Shown here: one piece after another, positions 39,985 through 50,257 of the stretch
How the letters are laid out: every line of letters begins with the position of its first letter
Numbering within the stretch: the first letter of the stretch is position 1
Source of the DNA: Ignisphaera sp.
Lineage (GTDB): Archaea > Thermoproteota > Thermoprotei_A > Sulfolobales > Ignisphaeraceae
Reading direction: 5' to 3'
Length of the DNA: 64,000 bases
Assembly: GCA_038889075.1 (NCBI GenBank)
Contig: JAWAHS010000002.1
Coordinates: 76,930-140,929 of the forward strand
Notes under the pieces: model-generated
What the model saw: only the letters and a program-made list of their open reading frames with translations
Database searches by the model: none
Told to the model about the DNA's origin: nothing
Translations under genes and position numbers: made by a program

Positions 39985-41390
39985 TAAAGCAATTAACGGC
40001 ATTTGCTAGGGAACTGCTAATCTACAGATCAGCCTTAGTTGGAATAATAATAATAAGTTCCCTAATACTACTTTCACTATATGCAGTAATTACAGTACCA
40101 TACGAGGAAATTGTAAGAAAGTGGAATTCGATTGAGATTTGGGAGGATTTCCCTAGGAATGCAATGCCTAGCTGGATAAATATTTTTACACATAGAAAGC
40201 TTCCTGAGACAATAATATTAGATAGCCGAAGGAAGGAACTAGGCATAAATAAGACCATAATCACTATTGCAAGCGGAAAATATATTTTGAGAATCCTCTT
40301 TACATTCAATTATATATATGATGATTTTCCGAGCGAGATAATACTGAGACTATATTCGAATACCACAAAACAGACTACAACTCAGATAACATGGATAAAG
40401 CCTGGTGAAATAGAGTATATACTAGGTAGGAAGCTACTGAGAGGATATGAATCGTACTACATCTCTAGTGATGAGGAATTTCTTAAGAAATTCAATGCAA
40501 ATCTTATATCTAAGCTAGGTTCGAAGCCCAACTATGATCTCAGCGTAAATATAGCACTATTCGCTAAAGAAGATCCATCCATACTTAGCAGAGATACTGT
40601 TGAAGTATCCAAAGGTGAATACAGGGTTATAGTTGATGCATTGATAGGAGAGGAGGATCTAGGCAGAGCTCAGGTAGATGCTAAATTAGTAGTCTATGGA
40701 AAAGTATATGGAGTTGCAGGTACTGATCATAGGAGACGCGATCTGGCACTCGCACTCATATGGGGAGCACCAATAGCGTTAGCCTTTGGACTGGTAGCCT
40801 CAATTACTATAACATTTGCACAGATGTTTATTGCGGCAATAAGTGCTTGGTATGGCAAAAGTCTCGATTTCGTCATTCAGAGGATAACTGAGATATTCAT
40901 GGTATTACCATTTCTACCAATACTGTTGATGATCTCGTATTTCTACAAGATAACAATATGGACCTTGCTTGCAGTAGTTATACTTCTAAGTATCTTTGGA
41001 TCAGGTGTGAAGAATTACCGGGCAATGTTTCTCCAAATAAAGGAGATACCATATATAGAAGCTGCTATAGCCTATGGTACTAGTAGCCTTAGAATAGTTT
41101 TTAGATACATGATACCCAAGATACTACCTACAATAATACCTACAATAGTTTTATCGGTACCGGATTTCGTATTTCTAGAGGCGGTTTTGGCACTACTTGG
41201 TGTAGGTGACCCACGAGCTGTAACATGGGGTAGGGTATTAGAGGATGCTGCAAGGGAAGCAGCCCTCTACAAGGGGTACTACTACTGGATCTTGGAACCA
41301 TCAATACTATTACTACTTACAGCACTGGGATTCGCATTGCTTGGACTTACATTAGATAAAATACTCAATCCTAGACTAAGGGAGATGTAG
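39981..41390 (+). CDS. Opp/Dpp-family ABC permease (DppC-like) with large extracellular insertion
   Basis: GTDHRRRD, YIEAAIAYG, TWGRVL, LNPRLR; 469 aa. Confidence 0.93.
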   Translation: MIKQLTAFARELLIYRSALVGIIIISSLILLSLYAVITVPYEEIVRKWNSIEIWEDFPRNAMPSWINIFTHRKLPETIILDSRRKELGINKTIITIASGKYILRILFTFNYIYDDFPSEIILRLYSNTTKQTTTQITWIKPGEIEYILGRKLLRGYESYYISSDEEFLKKFNANLISKLGSKPNYDLSVNIALFAKEDPSILSRDTVEVSKGEYRVIVDALIGEEDLGRAQVDAKLVVYGKVYGVAGTDHRRRDLALALIWGAPIALAFGLVASITITFAQMFIAAISAWYGKSLDFVIQRITEIFMVLPFLPILLMISYFYKITIWTLLAVVILLSIFGSGVKNYRAMFLQIKEIPYIEAAIAYGTSSLRIVFRYMIPKILPTIIPTIVLSVPDFVFLEAVLALLGVGDPRAVTWGRVLEDAAREAALYKGYYYWILEPSILLLLTALGFALLGLTLDKILNPRLREM

Positions 41391-41391
41391 A

Positions 41392-42357
41392 TTGATGAAA
41401 ACTATACTTAATATCAAGGATCTATATCTATATTATAGAGTTAGGGCAGGCCTTGTTAAAGCTGTTGATGGTGTATCCCTCGATCTGTATAATGATGAGT
41501 CGTTGGCCGTTCTTGGAGAATCAGGAAGTGGTAAAAGCTCTTTTGCGAGGGCAATACTAAGATTGCTTCCTAAGAATGTCTATAGATTTGAGGGGAGTAT
41601 ATACATAGATGGAGAGGATGTAATGAAACTTAGCGATGATGAGTTTAATGATAGGATTAGATGGAGTAAAATATCAATGGTTCCACAAGCCTCTATGAAT
41701 GCATTGAATCCGGTAATAAAAATAGGTGAACAGCTGGCCGAACCTCTGGTAATTCATAGAAATATGAATAAGAGTGATGCTCTAGAAAGAGCTAGAGAAA
41801 TGCTGAAATTTGTGGGAATACCACAAGAATTTGTAGATAGGTATCCATTTGAGCTATCAGGGGGTATGAGACAGAGAGTAGTCATAGCGATGGCTTTAAT
41901 CACACAGCCTTCTATAGTTATACTGGATGAGCCGACATCAGCCTTGGATGTCCTTACACAGGCAAATATAATGAACCTACTGAAGAAGATTAAGATCGAT
42001 AGGAAGGTTAGCTATGTATTCATAACACATGACATTGCTTTATCAAGTGAAATTTCTGACAGGATTGCCGTTATGTATGCAGGGCAGATAGTCGAATACA
42101 ATCATGCAGATAAATTCTATAAAGAACCTCAGCATCCATATTCACAATTGTTACTTTCAAGTGTACCGACCCTTAGAGAGGATAAAAAGATAAAGTTTAT
42201 TCCAGGTGAGCCTCCCAGTTTGTTAAGTCCGCCTCCTGGTTGTAGATTCCATCCCCGATGTCCCTATGCAATGGATATATGTAGAAGAGAAGAACCGCCC
42301 ATTCTATATATGGACGGACACAGCTATGTGAGGTGCTGGCTATATGCAAAAAGGTGA
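41392..42357 (+). CDS. Opp/Dpp-family ABC ATPase (DppD-like)
   Basis: GESGSGKS, LSGGMRQR, DEPTSALD. Confidence 0.95.
   Translation: MMKTILNIKDLYLYYRVRAGLVKAVDGVSLDLYNDESLAVLGESGSGKSSFARAILRLLPKNVYRFEGSIYIDGEDVMKLSDDEFNDRIRWSKISMVPQASMNALNPVIKIGEQLAEPLVIHRNMNKSDALERAREMLKFVGIPQEFVDRYPFELSGGMRQRVVIAMALITQPSIVILDEPTSALDVLTQANIMNLLKKIKIDRKVSYVFITHDIALSSEISDRIAVMYAGQIVEYNHADKFYKEPQHPYSQLLLSSVPTLREDKKIKFIPGEPPSLLSPPPGCRFHPRCPYAMDICRREEPPILYMDGHSYVRCWLYAKR
42201..42299 (+). repeat. 99-bp perfect direct repeat, copy 1 (copy 2 at 43192-43290)
   Basis: TCCAGGTGAGCCTCCCAG...AGAAGAACCGCC identical in both ATPase genes. Confidence 0.93.
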
Positions 42358-43342
42358 ATATACTAAACCATGTAATCCCAAAGATATTCTGTGTATTAGG
42401 GAGCTATGTGTTTGGCATCCCATAAGGAAGTTCCTAACAATTTCAGGATATGTAAGAGCGTTAGATGACGTTAATCTTGATTTGGAACGAGGCAGAATTC
42501 TTGCGGTAGTTGGTGAAAGTGGCTCAGGTAAGACTACGCTTGGTAAGACCATATTAAAGATTTATAATCCAACAAAGGGAAAGATTGTATATGAGAACAG
42601 AGATATAACATTTCTTAAAGGAAAGGAAATCAAGTGGTATAGAAGGGAGGTAGGCTACGTTCAGCAAGATCCCTATGGAGCACTACCACCATTTATGAAT
42701 ATTAGACAGATACTCGAAGAACCTCTAATTATACATGGAGTAAAGAAGAGTGAAAGAATACACAGAATTCGAGAAGCTCTTGAAGAGGTAAAGTTGATAC
42801 CAGTAGAGGATTTTATAAATAAGTATCCCCATATGCTAAGTGGTGGACAACAGCAACGTGTTGTTATTGCTAGGGCTCTAATCTTAAGACCTAAATTAAT
42901 TGTGGCAGACGAGCCTGTATCTATGCTCGATGCTTCCGTCAGAATAGAGATTCTTACACTATTTCGAGAACTTCAGAAAAAATACAATTTAAGTATAATA
43001 TACATAACGCACGATCTCTCAACTGCAAAATACTTCTCAGATAGGATTGCCGTTATGTATGCAGGGCATATAGTTGAGATGGCTCAAACAGATGCAATGC
43101 TGTCCAAGCCATTACACCCCTATACACAATCATTAATTAAAGCGATACCAGATCCGGATCCAAGGAATAGGACTCTATTTAGAGAGGTACCTCCAGGTGA
43201 GCCTCCCAGTTTGTTAAGTCCGCCTCCTGGTTGTAGATTCCATCCCCGATGTCCCTATGCAATGGATATATGTAGAAGAGAAGAACCGCCTACAATAGAG
43301 ATTAATGGAACACATAGTGTGAAGTGCTGGCTATATGGCTAA
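42344..43342 (+). CDS. Opp/Dpp-family ABC ATPase (DppF-like)
   Basis: GESGSGKT, LSGGQQQR, DEPVSMLD. Confidence 0.95.
   Translation: MQKGEYTKPCNPKDILCIRELCVWHPIRKFLTISGYVRALDDVNLDLERGRILAVVGESGSGKTTLGKTILKIYNPTKGKIVYENRDITFLKGKEIKWYRREVGYVQQDPYGALPPFMNIRQILEEPLIIHGVKKSERIHRIREALEEVKLIPVEDFINKYPHMLSGGQQQRVVIARALILRPKLIVADEPVSMLDASVRIEILTLFRELQKKYNLSIIYITHDLSTAKYFSDRIAVMYAGHIVEMAQTDAMLSKPLHPYTQSLIKAIPDPDPRNRTLFREVPPGEPPSLLSPPPGCRFHPRCPYAMDICRREEPPTIEINGTHSVKCWLYG
43192..43290 (+). repeat. 99-bp perfect direct repeat, copy 2
   Basis: identical to 42201-42299. Confidence 0.93.
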
Positions 43343-43529
43343 ACCATCGTATATCGTCATCGGCGGGCTTTTCTTACTTATAGCATTTTTAATACCTTTT
43401 CTAATGGTTATAAGAGTGTTAGAATCTAGTTTAGTCGTACTAATTATAGCATATATAATGTCTGTGATTGGCTTAGTTTTAGGAATATATGGTGTAGTAG
43501 AAAAGTATTCAAAGCAAATCCGAGACTAA
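43335..43529 (+). CDS. small two-TM membrane protein closing the ABC operon
   Basis: 64 aa, two hydrophobic helices, overlaps the ATPase stop. Confidence 0.75.
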   Translation: MAKPSYIVIGGLFLLIAFLIPFLMVIRVLESSLVVLIIAYIMSVIGLVLGIYGVVEKYSKQIRD

Positions 43530-43945
43530 GAACACCACTCTTAAACAAATACATGTTCTATATGGCTAAAGTTATATCTCTTTATGATAGGGATGAAGAA
43601 AAATTCGTAGACTATTGCATTAGCGATGTACATCTTATTACTGGTTCTACATCTCGGAAACTACTTCTGAATAGGAGTAGTATTCGGCAGTACCCTTTGG
43701 TGGTACTATATTTCATACCTCTGGAATGTCTTCATGGGATAAGGAGTGTGGATGGAAATGGGCTACAATTGAATGTATAGGACTGGTATCCTGAGATATC
43801 CTTTCTCTTAGGACAGGAAGGCAAGCATGTGCATCGTGTTCTCATGTACAATAGAAGCTTTTTAGCTTAAAAACCGCTTCAAATATACTTATATTGTAAA
43901 CTGATAGGTAATAGTAGTATCTTATACTAATAGGGAGAGTATGAG

Positions 43946-44413
43946 ATGTCGATTGAGTACAGACATATAGTTAGGGTAGCAGAAACCGATATACCTGGTG
44001 AGTTGCCAGTAGCTTGGGGACTTGCAAGAATTAAGGGGGTAGGCTACAATTTTGCTATAGGAATATGTAGGGTGCTTAAACTGGATCCGAATATGCTAGT
44101 GGGCTACTTAAGTGATGAAGATGTTACAAGAATTGAGGAGTTGATTAAGGATCCCAAGAAGTTTGGATTTCCCACATGGGTTCTAAATCGAAGGAAAGAC
44201 TACGAGACGGGTGAGGATCTGCATCTAGCTAGTTCCGATCTTATTTACTATGCTAGAGAAGATATAAATAGAGAGATTAGGATTAGGAGCTGGAGAGGTG
44301 TAAGACACTCACAAGGATACAAAGTTAGGGGTCAGAAAACACACACAACTGGAAGGCTTGGACCTATTGTTGGTGTACAGAGGAAGAAGGCTCAACAGCA
44401 GCAGCAGAAATAG
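43946..44413 (+). CDS. rps13: 30S ribosomal protein S13 (uS13)
   Basis: IKGVG, NRRKDYETG, WRGVRH...KVRGQKT. Confidence 0.97.
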   Translation: MSIEYRHIVRVAETDIPGELPVAWGLARIKGVGYNFAIGICRVLKLDPNMLVGYLSDEDVTRIEELIKDPKKFGFPTWVLNRRKDYETGEDLHLASSDLIYYAREDINREIRIRSWRGVRHSQGYKVRGQKTHTTGRLGPIVGVQRKKAQQQQQK

Positions 44414-44424
44414 GGTGAAACTCT

Positions 44425-44940
44425 ATGGGTGATCCAAGGAAGTCGCGTAGAAAATGGGAATCGCCTGGGCATCCATGGATTAAGACACGGTTACAGAAAG
44501 AAATGGAGTTAATGGGGATATATGGACTTAGAAACAAACGGGAGCTATGGATTGCTGAAACATTACTAAGAAGGATAAAACATAGGGCCAGATCATTACT
44601 GGCTCTTCCAGTTGAAGAACAAAGAAAACAGCTTCAACAACTTTCTCTAAAGCTATATAGATTGGGGATAATAAATACGGAATCGGCAGAGATAAATGAC
44701 ATACTTAATCTCACCGTTGAGAATATATTAGAGAGAAGGCTACAAACAATCGTATTGAAGAGAGGACTTGCAAAAACGATTCATCAGGCAAGGCAGATTA
44801 TAGTGCACGGTCATATAGCTATTAAAGGTAGGAGAGTTACATCACCAGGACACATAGTTACAAGAGACGAGGAACCCTACATCTCCATATACCCAATATC
44901 ACCTTTATTAAGTAGTAGAGAAACTGCAGAGGAAACATAG
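44425..44940 (+). CDS. rps4: 30S ribosomal protein S4 (uS4)
   Basis: [37 protein letters not shown]. Confidence 0.97.
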   Translation: MGDPRKSRRKWESPGHPWIKTRLQKEMELMGIYGLRNKRELWIAETLLRRIKHRARSLLALPVEEQRKQLQQLSLKLYRLGIINTESAEINDILNLTVENILERRLQTIVLKRGLAKTIHQARQIIVHGHIAIKGRRVTSPGHIVTRDEEPYISIYPISPLLSSRETAEET

Positions 44941-44960
44941 CCTATAGGGGTGAGGTAGGG

Positions 44961-45362
44961 ATGTCATTTGCAGCTAGAGAACTCAGATGGGGTATAGCTC
45001 ATATATATGCATCATTTAACAATACAATAATCCATGTAACTGATCTAAGTGGTGCTGAAACCGTTGCTAGAGGCTCTGGAGGTATGGTTGTGAGAGCAGA
45101 TAGAGAAAAACCAAGTCCATATGCAGCAATGATGGTTGCATATAGAGTTGCTCAAGAATCCATTGAAAAGGGGGTGACTGCAATACATATCAGGGTACGA
45201 GCTCCCGGTGGTCACGGTCCAAAGATACCTGGTCCAGGTGCACAGGCTGCAATAAGGGCTTTGGCAAGGGCTGGATTTATAATTGGCCGTATAGAGGATG
45301 CGACACCAATACCTCACGATACTACTAGAAGACCTGGTGGTAGGCGTGGTAGAAGGGTGTAG
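44961..45362 (+). CDS. rps11: 30S ribosomal protein S11 (uS11)
   Basis: [37 protein letters not shown]. Confidence 0.98.
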   Translation: MSFAARELRWGIAHIYASFNNTIIHVTDLSGAETVARGSGGMVVRADREKPSPYAAMMVAYRVAQESIEKGVTAIHIRVRAPGGHGPKIPGPGAQAAIRALARAGFIIGRIEDATPIPHDTTRRPGGRRGRRV

Positions 45363-45367
45363 AGTAA

Positions 45368-46222
45368 ATGGAGCTGATTGTGCGTAAATTAGATAGAGAG
45401 AGAATAGAATTTCTGGTAGAGGGTGCACCTCTTCCACTACTGAATGCTATACGCAGATATTCTCTAGCAAAGGTACCAACATACGCTATTGATGAAGTCA
45501 TGATAATTGTAAATACGTCGGCCATGTTTGATGAAATTCTAGCCCACAGACTTGGTATGATTCCTTTAACAAGCGAGGAGGGGCTGAATAAATTAGGAGA
45601 TATAGATCCGGATCTATGTTCTAAATGTAGTGAGGCAGAAGAAAAACCCTCTGCAGAATTTTGTGAAAAATGCTACGTCCACATGATATTAGAAGTTGAG
45701 GCTGGTAACGACGAAGTAACGGTATATTCAGGTGGTATAAAATCTGAAGATCCATATATTAGACCAGCTTATGATAACATACCTATAGTTATTTTAGCAC
45801 CTGGACAGAAGATTTCCTTGGAACTTAAGGCAAGAATAGGTAGAGGTCTTGAACACGCCAAGTGGAGCCCCGCTACTGTGGCTGTTGTTAGACATGTACC
45901 AAATATATCAATAGACTGGTCTCTATGTAATCTATGTGGAAAATGTATCGAAGTGTGTCCCAAGAGGATCCTGAAAATAGATGATAGTAAAGTTACTGTT
46001 AATAATCCATATGAGTGTATAATATGTTGGCAGTGCGTGCATTCATGTCCACTAAAGGCGATAAATATAGCAATTGATGAAAATAGAAATATAGTTAAGA
46101 TAGAAAGTAGTGGTTCACTAAATCCTGAGACCATAGTTCGCAAATCTGCTGAAATCCTCTTAAATGAACTTAAAATAATTTCCAAATCTATTACAGAGTT
46201 CAAAGTAGGTGGAGAGAAATGA
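45368..46222 (+). CDS. rpoD: DNA-directed RNA polymerase subunit D (Rpo3) with ferredoxin-like domain
   Basis: NAIRR, DEILAHRLGMIP, HAKWSP, two CxxCxxCxxxCP motifs. Confidence 0.97.
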   Translation: MELIVRKLDRERIEFLVEGAPLPLLNAIRRYSLAKVPTYAIDEVMIIVNTSAMFDEILAHRLGMIPLTSEEGLNKLGDIDPDLCSKCSEAEEKPSAEFCEKCYVHMILEVEAGNDEVTVYSGGIKSEDPYIRPAYDNIPIVILAPGQKISLELKARIGRGLEHAKWSPATVAVVRHVPNISIDWSLCNLCGKCIEVCPKRILKIDDSKVTVNNPYECIICWQCVHSCPLKAINIAIDENRNIVKIESSGSLNPETIVRKSAEILLNELKIISKSITEFKVGGEK

Positions 46223-46581
46223 AGCGTACCGGATCCACAAACTATATCTGGAGAAAGACAATTAGAATACTAAGAAAGGTTGCCAAGAATAATGACGCTA
46301 GAATATGGAGATACATAGCAGAGCTTCTTGAAAAACCGAGGAGGAAAAGAATAGCAGTTAATATAAGTAAAATAAGTAGGTATTCGAGGGATGGTGATAT
46401 TATTGTTGTGCCCGGTAAGGTTTTGGGTGCAGGTTCTATAAATCACAGAATTATCGTAGTAGCCATGTCTTTCTCCAAACAGGCTGTCAGAAAGGTGAAG
46501 GGTGCAGGAGGAAGAGCTGTACATATACTCGAATTTTTGAATGAGAATCCAAAAGGGAGCAGGGTCAAGGTGATTATATGA
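46219..46581 (+). CDS. rpl18e: 50S ribosomal protein L18e
   Basis: VNISKI, VVPGKVLGAG, NPKGS. Confidence 0.97.
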   Translation: MKRTGSTNYIWRKTIRILRKVAKNNDARIWRYIAELLEKPRRKRIAVNISKISRYSRDGDIIVVPGKVLGAGSINHRIIVVAMSFSKQAVRKVKGAGGRAVHILEFLNENPKGSRVKVII

Positions 46582-47081
46582 GTACAGCACTTGAGATAAG
46601 TTCAAAGGATTTATACAGGTATTTAGCCACTTTGAAAAATAGAGAGATTGTAATAGATGCAGAAAATGCACTACTTGGACGGCTTGCAAGCAACGTTGCT
46701 AAACTGCTATTAATGGGATTCAAAGTTCATGTTATTAATATTGAGAAAGCGTTGGTTTCAGGTGATAGGAAAATGGTTATTGAGAGCTACAAGCTTCTAC
46801 TTAATGTCAGAACGCATAGAAATCCGTACAGGCACTCCATGAAGAGGCCTAGAAATCCCATTGCAATATTTAAGAGCAGTGTAAAAAGAATGCTTCCAAA
46901 ACATAATTGGAGGGGAGTTACCATTCTTAAGAATGTAAAGGCATACATTGGTACACCTAAGGAATTTGATGGAAGAGAACGTATAAAAATAGCAGATATC
47001 GATGCGGAGAATCTTAAGAGAAGAACCGTGGTAAGAGTTTCAGAGATAGCTGAAGCGTTAGGTTGGAGGCAGACGCCGTAG
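46578..47081 (+). CDS. rpl13: 50S ribosomal protein L13 (uL13)
   Basis: IDAENALLGRLAS, VKRMLP. Confidence 0.97.
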   Translation: MSTALEISSKDLYRYLATLKNREIVIDAENALLGRLASNVAKLLLMGFKVHVINIEKALVSGDRKMVIESYKLLLNVRTHRNPYRHSMKRPRNPIAIFKSSVKRMLPKHNWRGVTILKNVKAYIGTPKEFDGRERIKIADIDAENLKRRTVVRVSEIAEALGWRQTP

Positions 47082-47092
47082 GTGAATGTCTA

Positions 47093-47557
47093 ATGGAATC
47101 AGCCACATCTGAAGAAATTAAAATTGCAGGAGCATACCAGCAGATAGTTAGTGGTAAAAAGATTGTTGTAAGTGTTGGAAAAAGGAAAACAGCTGTTGCT
47201 CGAGCAATAATAAAGGCTGGAGGTGGTAGATGTAAGGTAAATGGCATCCCAGTAGAGATATGGCCAATAGAAGTAGCTAGACTCAAAATGATGGAGCCTC
47301 TAATGCTCTTAAATGATAAATTGCGAAATGCTATAGATATTGATGTTATTGTTGAAGGTGGTGGTGTAATGGCACAAGCATATGCTATTAGAAATGCTAT
47401 AGCGAGAGGGATTATAGTATACTTCAACATCCCCATACTAAGAGATATATTTAAGGAATTCGATAGAACTATGATATCTGGTGATCCAAGAAGAACAGAA
47501 TCTGAGAAATGGATGAGGTACAGTGCTAGGAGATTTAGACAGAAATCATATAGGTGA
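47093..47557 (+). CDS. rps9: 30S ribosomal protein S9 (uS9)
   Basis: GKRKTAVAR, GGGVMAQA, DPRR, QKSYR; AGGTGA SD before ATG 47093. Confidence 0.97.
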   Translation: MESATSEEIKIAGAYQQIVSGKKIVVSVGKRKTAVARAIIKAGGGRCKVNGIPVEIWPIEVARLKMMEPLMLLNDKLRNAIDIDVIVEGGGVMAQAYAIRNAIARGIIVYFNIPILRDIFKEFDRTMISGDPRRTESEKWMRYSARRFRQKSYR

Positions 47558-47563
47558 TAAGGT

Positions 47564-47764
47564 ATGATAATACCCGTAAGATGCTTTACATGCGGTTATC
47601 CAATTGGCGCGAAGTGGGAGGAATTCCACAGAAGAGTTATTAAGGGTGAGGATCCAAAAAAAGTATTAGACGACCTAGGTATAGATAGATACTGTTGTCG
47701 AAGGATGATGCTATCACATATTGAATTATTTAGAGAGACGATAAAATATGGTACAGTAAAGTAG
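47564..47764 (+). CDS. rpoN: DNA-directed RNA polymerase subunit N (Rpo10)
   Basis: [18 protein letters not shown]. Confidence 0.98.
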   Translation: MIIPVRCFTCGYPIGAKWEEFHRRVIKGEDPKKVLDDLGIDRYCCRRMMLSHIELFRETIKYGTVK

Positions 47765-48400
47765 GTGTGGAATATGGCAGAAGAACAGAAAATGGTCTCG
47801 CAACAAGTTGAACTTCTAGTTCCACTAGAAATGTACTTGCAAGCAGGGGTTCACATAGGGACACATACATGTACCAAGCATATGGAGAGATTTGTATTCA
47901 GGGTAAGACCAGATGGCCTATATATTTTAGATATAAAGAAAACTGATGAAAGACTTAGAATTGCGGGTAAGTTCTTGAGTAGATATGAACCATCGAAGAT
48001 AATGGTTATCGCAACAAGGCAGTATGGTAAGCAACCAGTCTCAAAATTTTCTGAATTTGTTAAGGCAAAACCAGTTGTCGGTCGATTTGTTCCTGGAACA
48101 TTAACAAATCCGAAACTTGAGTGGTACTATGAACCTGAGGTTATAGTATTGACAGATCCCAGAATAGATTCACAACCACTTGAGGAGGCATTGAAAGTCG
48201 GAATACCAATAGTGGCATTCGTAAGTACTGATAATAGGCTTGAAGGAATCGATTTGGCGATACCTGGTAATAATAAAGGTAGAAAATCTTTAGCATTACT
48301 ATATTGGACTCTAGCAAGACAGATACTTAGGGAAAGAGGAGAATTAGGGCCTAATGATAACCTTCCGCTAGGACCAGAAGCTTTTGAAACCACAACATAG
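47765..48400 (+). CDS. rps2: 30S ribosomal protein S2 (uS2)
   Basis: [23 protein letters not shown]. Confidence 0.97.
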   Translation: MWNMAEEQKMVSQQVELLVPLEMYLQAGVHIGTHTCTKHMERFVFRVRPDGLYILDIKKTDERLRIAGKFLSRYEPSKIMVIATRQYGKQPVSKFSEFVKAKPVVGRFVPGTLTNPKLEWYYEPEVIVLTDPRIDSQPLEEALKVGIPIVAFVSTDNRLEGIDLAIPGNNKGRKSLALLYWTLARQILRERGELGPNDNLPLGPEAFETTT

Positions 48401-48635
48401 AGTTCAACACCGATTAATATCATCAACTCTGAGACTCTAAATTTCAACTAAATATACAATCAATTTTTTCTCGATACTTAGACGTTTCAACACTCTATAG
48501 TTTTTAAACCTATAAATTTAATGTGTTTCTACATATTATATAGTACTATATGTATGTGATAGATATAGGGATTGCAATGAATATTAGAACAAGGATCATG
48601 ATGTATGTTATAATCTGTGGGTGGTGTAGATAAAC

Positions 48636-49466
48636 ATGGATAAAGTAGTATTGTTTAAGGAGGTTCGGATACCATTTCCATTAATTGGTATACCTATAGT
48701 TAATCATTTCAATACATATGTGTCTGCATTAACCAATTCAAAGTGTGTTATAAGGACTCGGTTAAGTTTAAGAAGACACTGTAATGACGAGAATGGTGAT
48801 ACGATTCACGAGTTAGACGATTTAAGGAAATATATTCTAAATAGATTTAACACAGTGTTAGGAAATATAGGGAAGGAATGCATTGAGGGGGACCTAGATG
48901 TACAATGCGATAATGACCTACCATTAATATTGGTACTCCCGGTGCTAGAGTGTGAAATATCCAGAAAGTTGCTGATGATAGGTGGTACTAGCTATACACA
49001 TATACTTAACATTTTCTCAAATTTAGATACAGAAATGCTAAATGTAGATCCAGGTTATCTCAGATCACTTCGATGTTCATACCTCTTTAAAGCGATGTGT
49101 ATTAGTAGAGGATATGAGGACATAGTACACAATGTCGATTTAGCATTGAGTATCGAAAATGTCAATAGATATAAATGTGATTCTAAAACATGCACATATA
49201 TCAGTAATCCATATGATAATTACTTACTTTCTCTTCTATATAAGTTGACTACGCACACCATTTCTCAGTTTATACATAGTCTTGTTAATAATGGAACGGT
49301 GGAGCCATGGTTAAGAAATATGATTAGACTAGTCTACATTATAGAGAGTGAAATTATAAGAAACTCCCTAGGGATTAAAATGAATTACCCAATTGATGAA
49401 GCAAATCTATATAAGGTTATTGCAGATTTGAATCAAGTTGTAATTTACAGAATTACGCTATCGTAG
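48636..49466 (+). CDS. hypothetical Cys-rich protein, possibly degenerate GHMP-kinase fold
   Basis: 276 aa ORF co-oriented and closely spaced with ipk; sits in the usual mevalonate-kinase slot. Confidence 0.7.
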   Translation: MDKVVLFKEVRIPFPLIGIPIVNHFNTYVSALTNSKCVIRTRLSLRRHCNDENGDTIHELDDLRKYILNRFNTVLGNIGKECIEGDLDVQCDNDLPLILVLPVLECEISRKLLMIGGTSYTHILNIFSNLDTEMLNVDPGYLRSLRCSYLFKAMCISRGYEDIVHNVDLALSIENVNRYKCDSKTCTYISNPYDNYLLSLLYKLTTHTISQFIHSLVNNGTVEPWLRNMIRLVYIIESEIIRNSLGIKMNYPIDEANLYKVIADLNQVVIYRITLS

Positions 49467-49477
49467 AGGAATAGGAA

Positions 49478-50257
49478 ATGAAAATTACAATTATATTAAA
49501 ATTGGGAGGCGCACTTATAACTAATAAGGAAAAACCTTTTTCCTTGAACTATTCTGTGCTATACAGAATTTGTGACGAGATAAGCCAGGCATACAGAGAA
49601 TGCAACAATAGGATCATAATAATACATGGAGGTGGCAGCTATGGTCATTACGTAGTAAAAGAGCATGAAGAGCATGGCAATATATATTCTACTGAAAGCA
49701 TTGCACAAGTTGTGTGGTTCATGAGAGAATTAAATATGATTATTACCGATATGCTAAACTCGTATGGATTACCAGCGCTACCCGTAGATACGCATGCAAT
49801 GTTTTTAAGGGTCAGCGATAGACTAGCTGTTTTTAGTAAACCTCTTATCGCAATGATTAATAATGGGCTTATACCCATCTTATATGGGGATATAATTTTC
49901 AATAGAATAGGTAAAGCAGAGATTCTATCTGGGGATGAAATCGCATGGTACTTTGCTTCACTACTAAAGCCCTCTAGATTACTATTCGCGACAGCAGTTG
50001 ATGGCATTTTCGATAGGGATCCTGCAGATAGAAATGCTAGGTTACTACCTACCGTAAAACTGTCTGAATTAGATAGGTTAGATACTAAGGGTGTAAGGGG
50101 AATAGATGTTACAGGAGGTATGAGAACAAAGTTGCTATTAGGATTAAAGTATATGGGGGAGGGTATGGATGTCTACATATTTAATGGAGTAAAAACAGGA
50201 ACCATATACCAGGCTATTTGCAACAATGAAATATTTGGCACAAGGGTTGTGATATGA
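49478..50257 (+). CDS. ipk: isopentenyl phosphate kinase (amino-acid-kinase family)
   Basis: LKLGGALIT, HGGGSYGH, SGDE, DVTGGM; next to fni. Confidence 0.92.
   Translation: MKITIILKLGGALITNKEKPFSLNYSVLYRICDEISQAYRECNNRIIIIHGGGSYGHYVVKEHEEHGNIYSTESIAQVVWFMRELNMIITDMLNSYGLPALPVDTHAMFLRVSDRLAVFSKPLIAMINNGLIPILYGDIIFNRIGKAEILSGDEIAWYFASLLKPSRLLFATAVDGIFDRDPADRNARLLPTVKLSELDRLDTKGVRGIDVTGGMRTKLLLGLKYMGEGMDVYIFNGVKTGTIYQAICNNEIFGTRVVI

Noticed and set aside
43553-43780. 75-aa ORF before the rps13 promoter
   Set aside because: No recognisable motif or SD; cannot be supported
45368-46222. Fe-S and extra Cys motifs in RpoD
   Set aside because: The ferredoxin-like domain of archaeal Rpo3 is established
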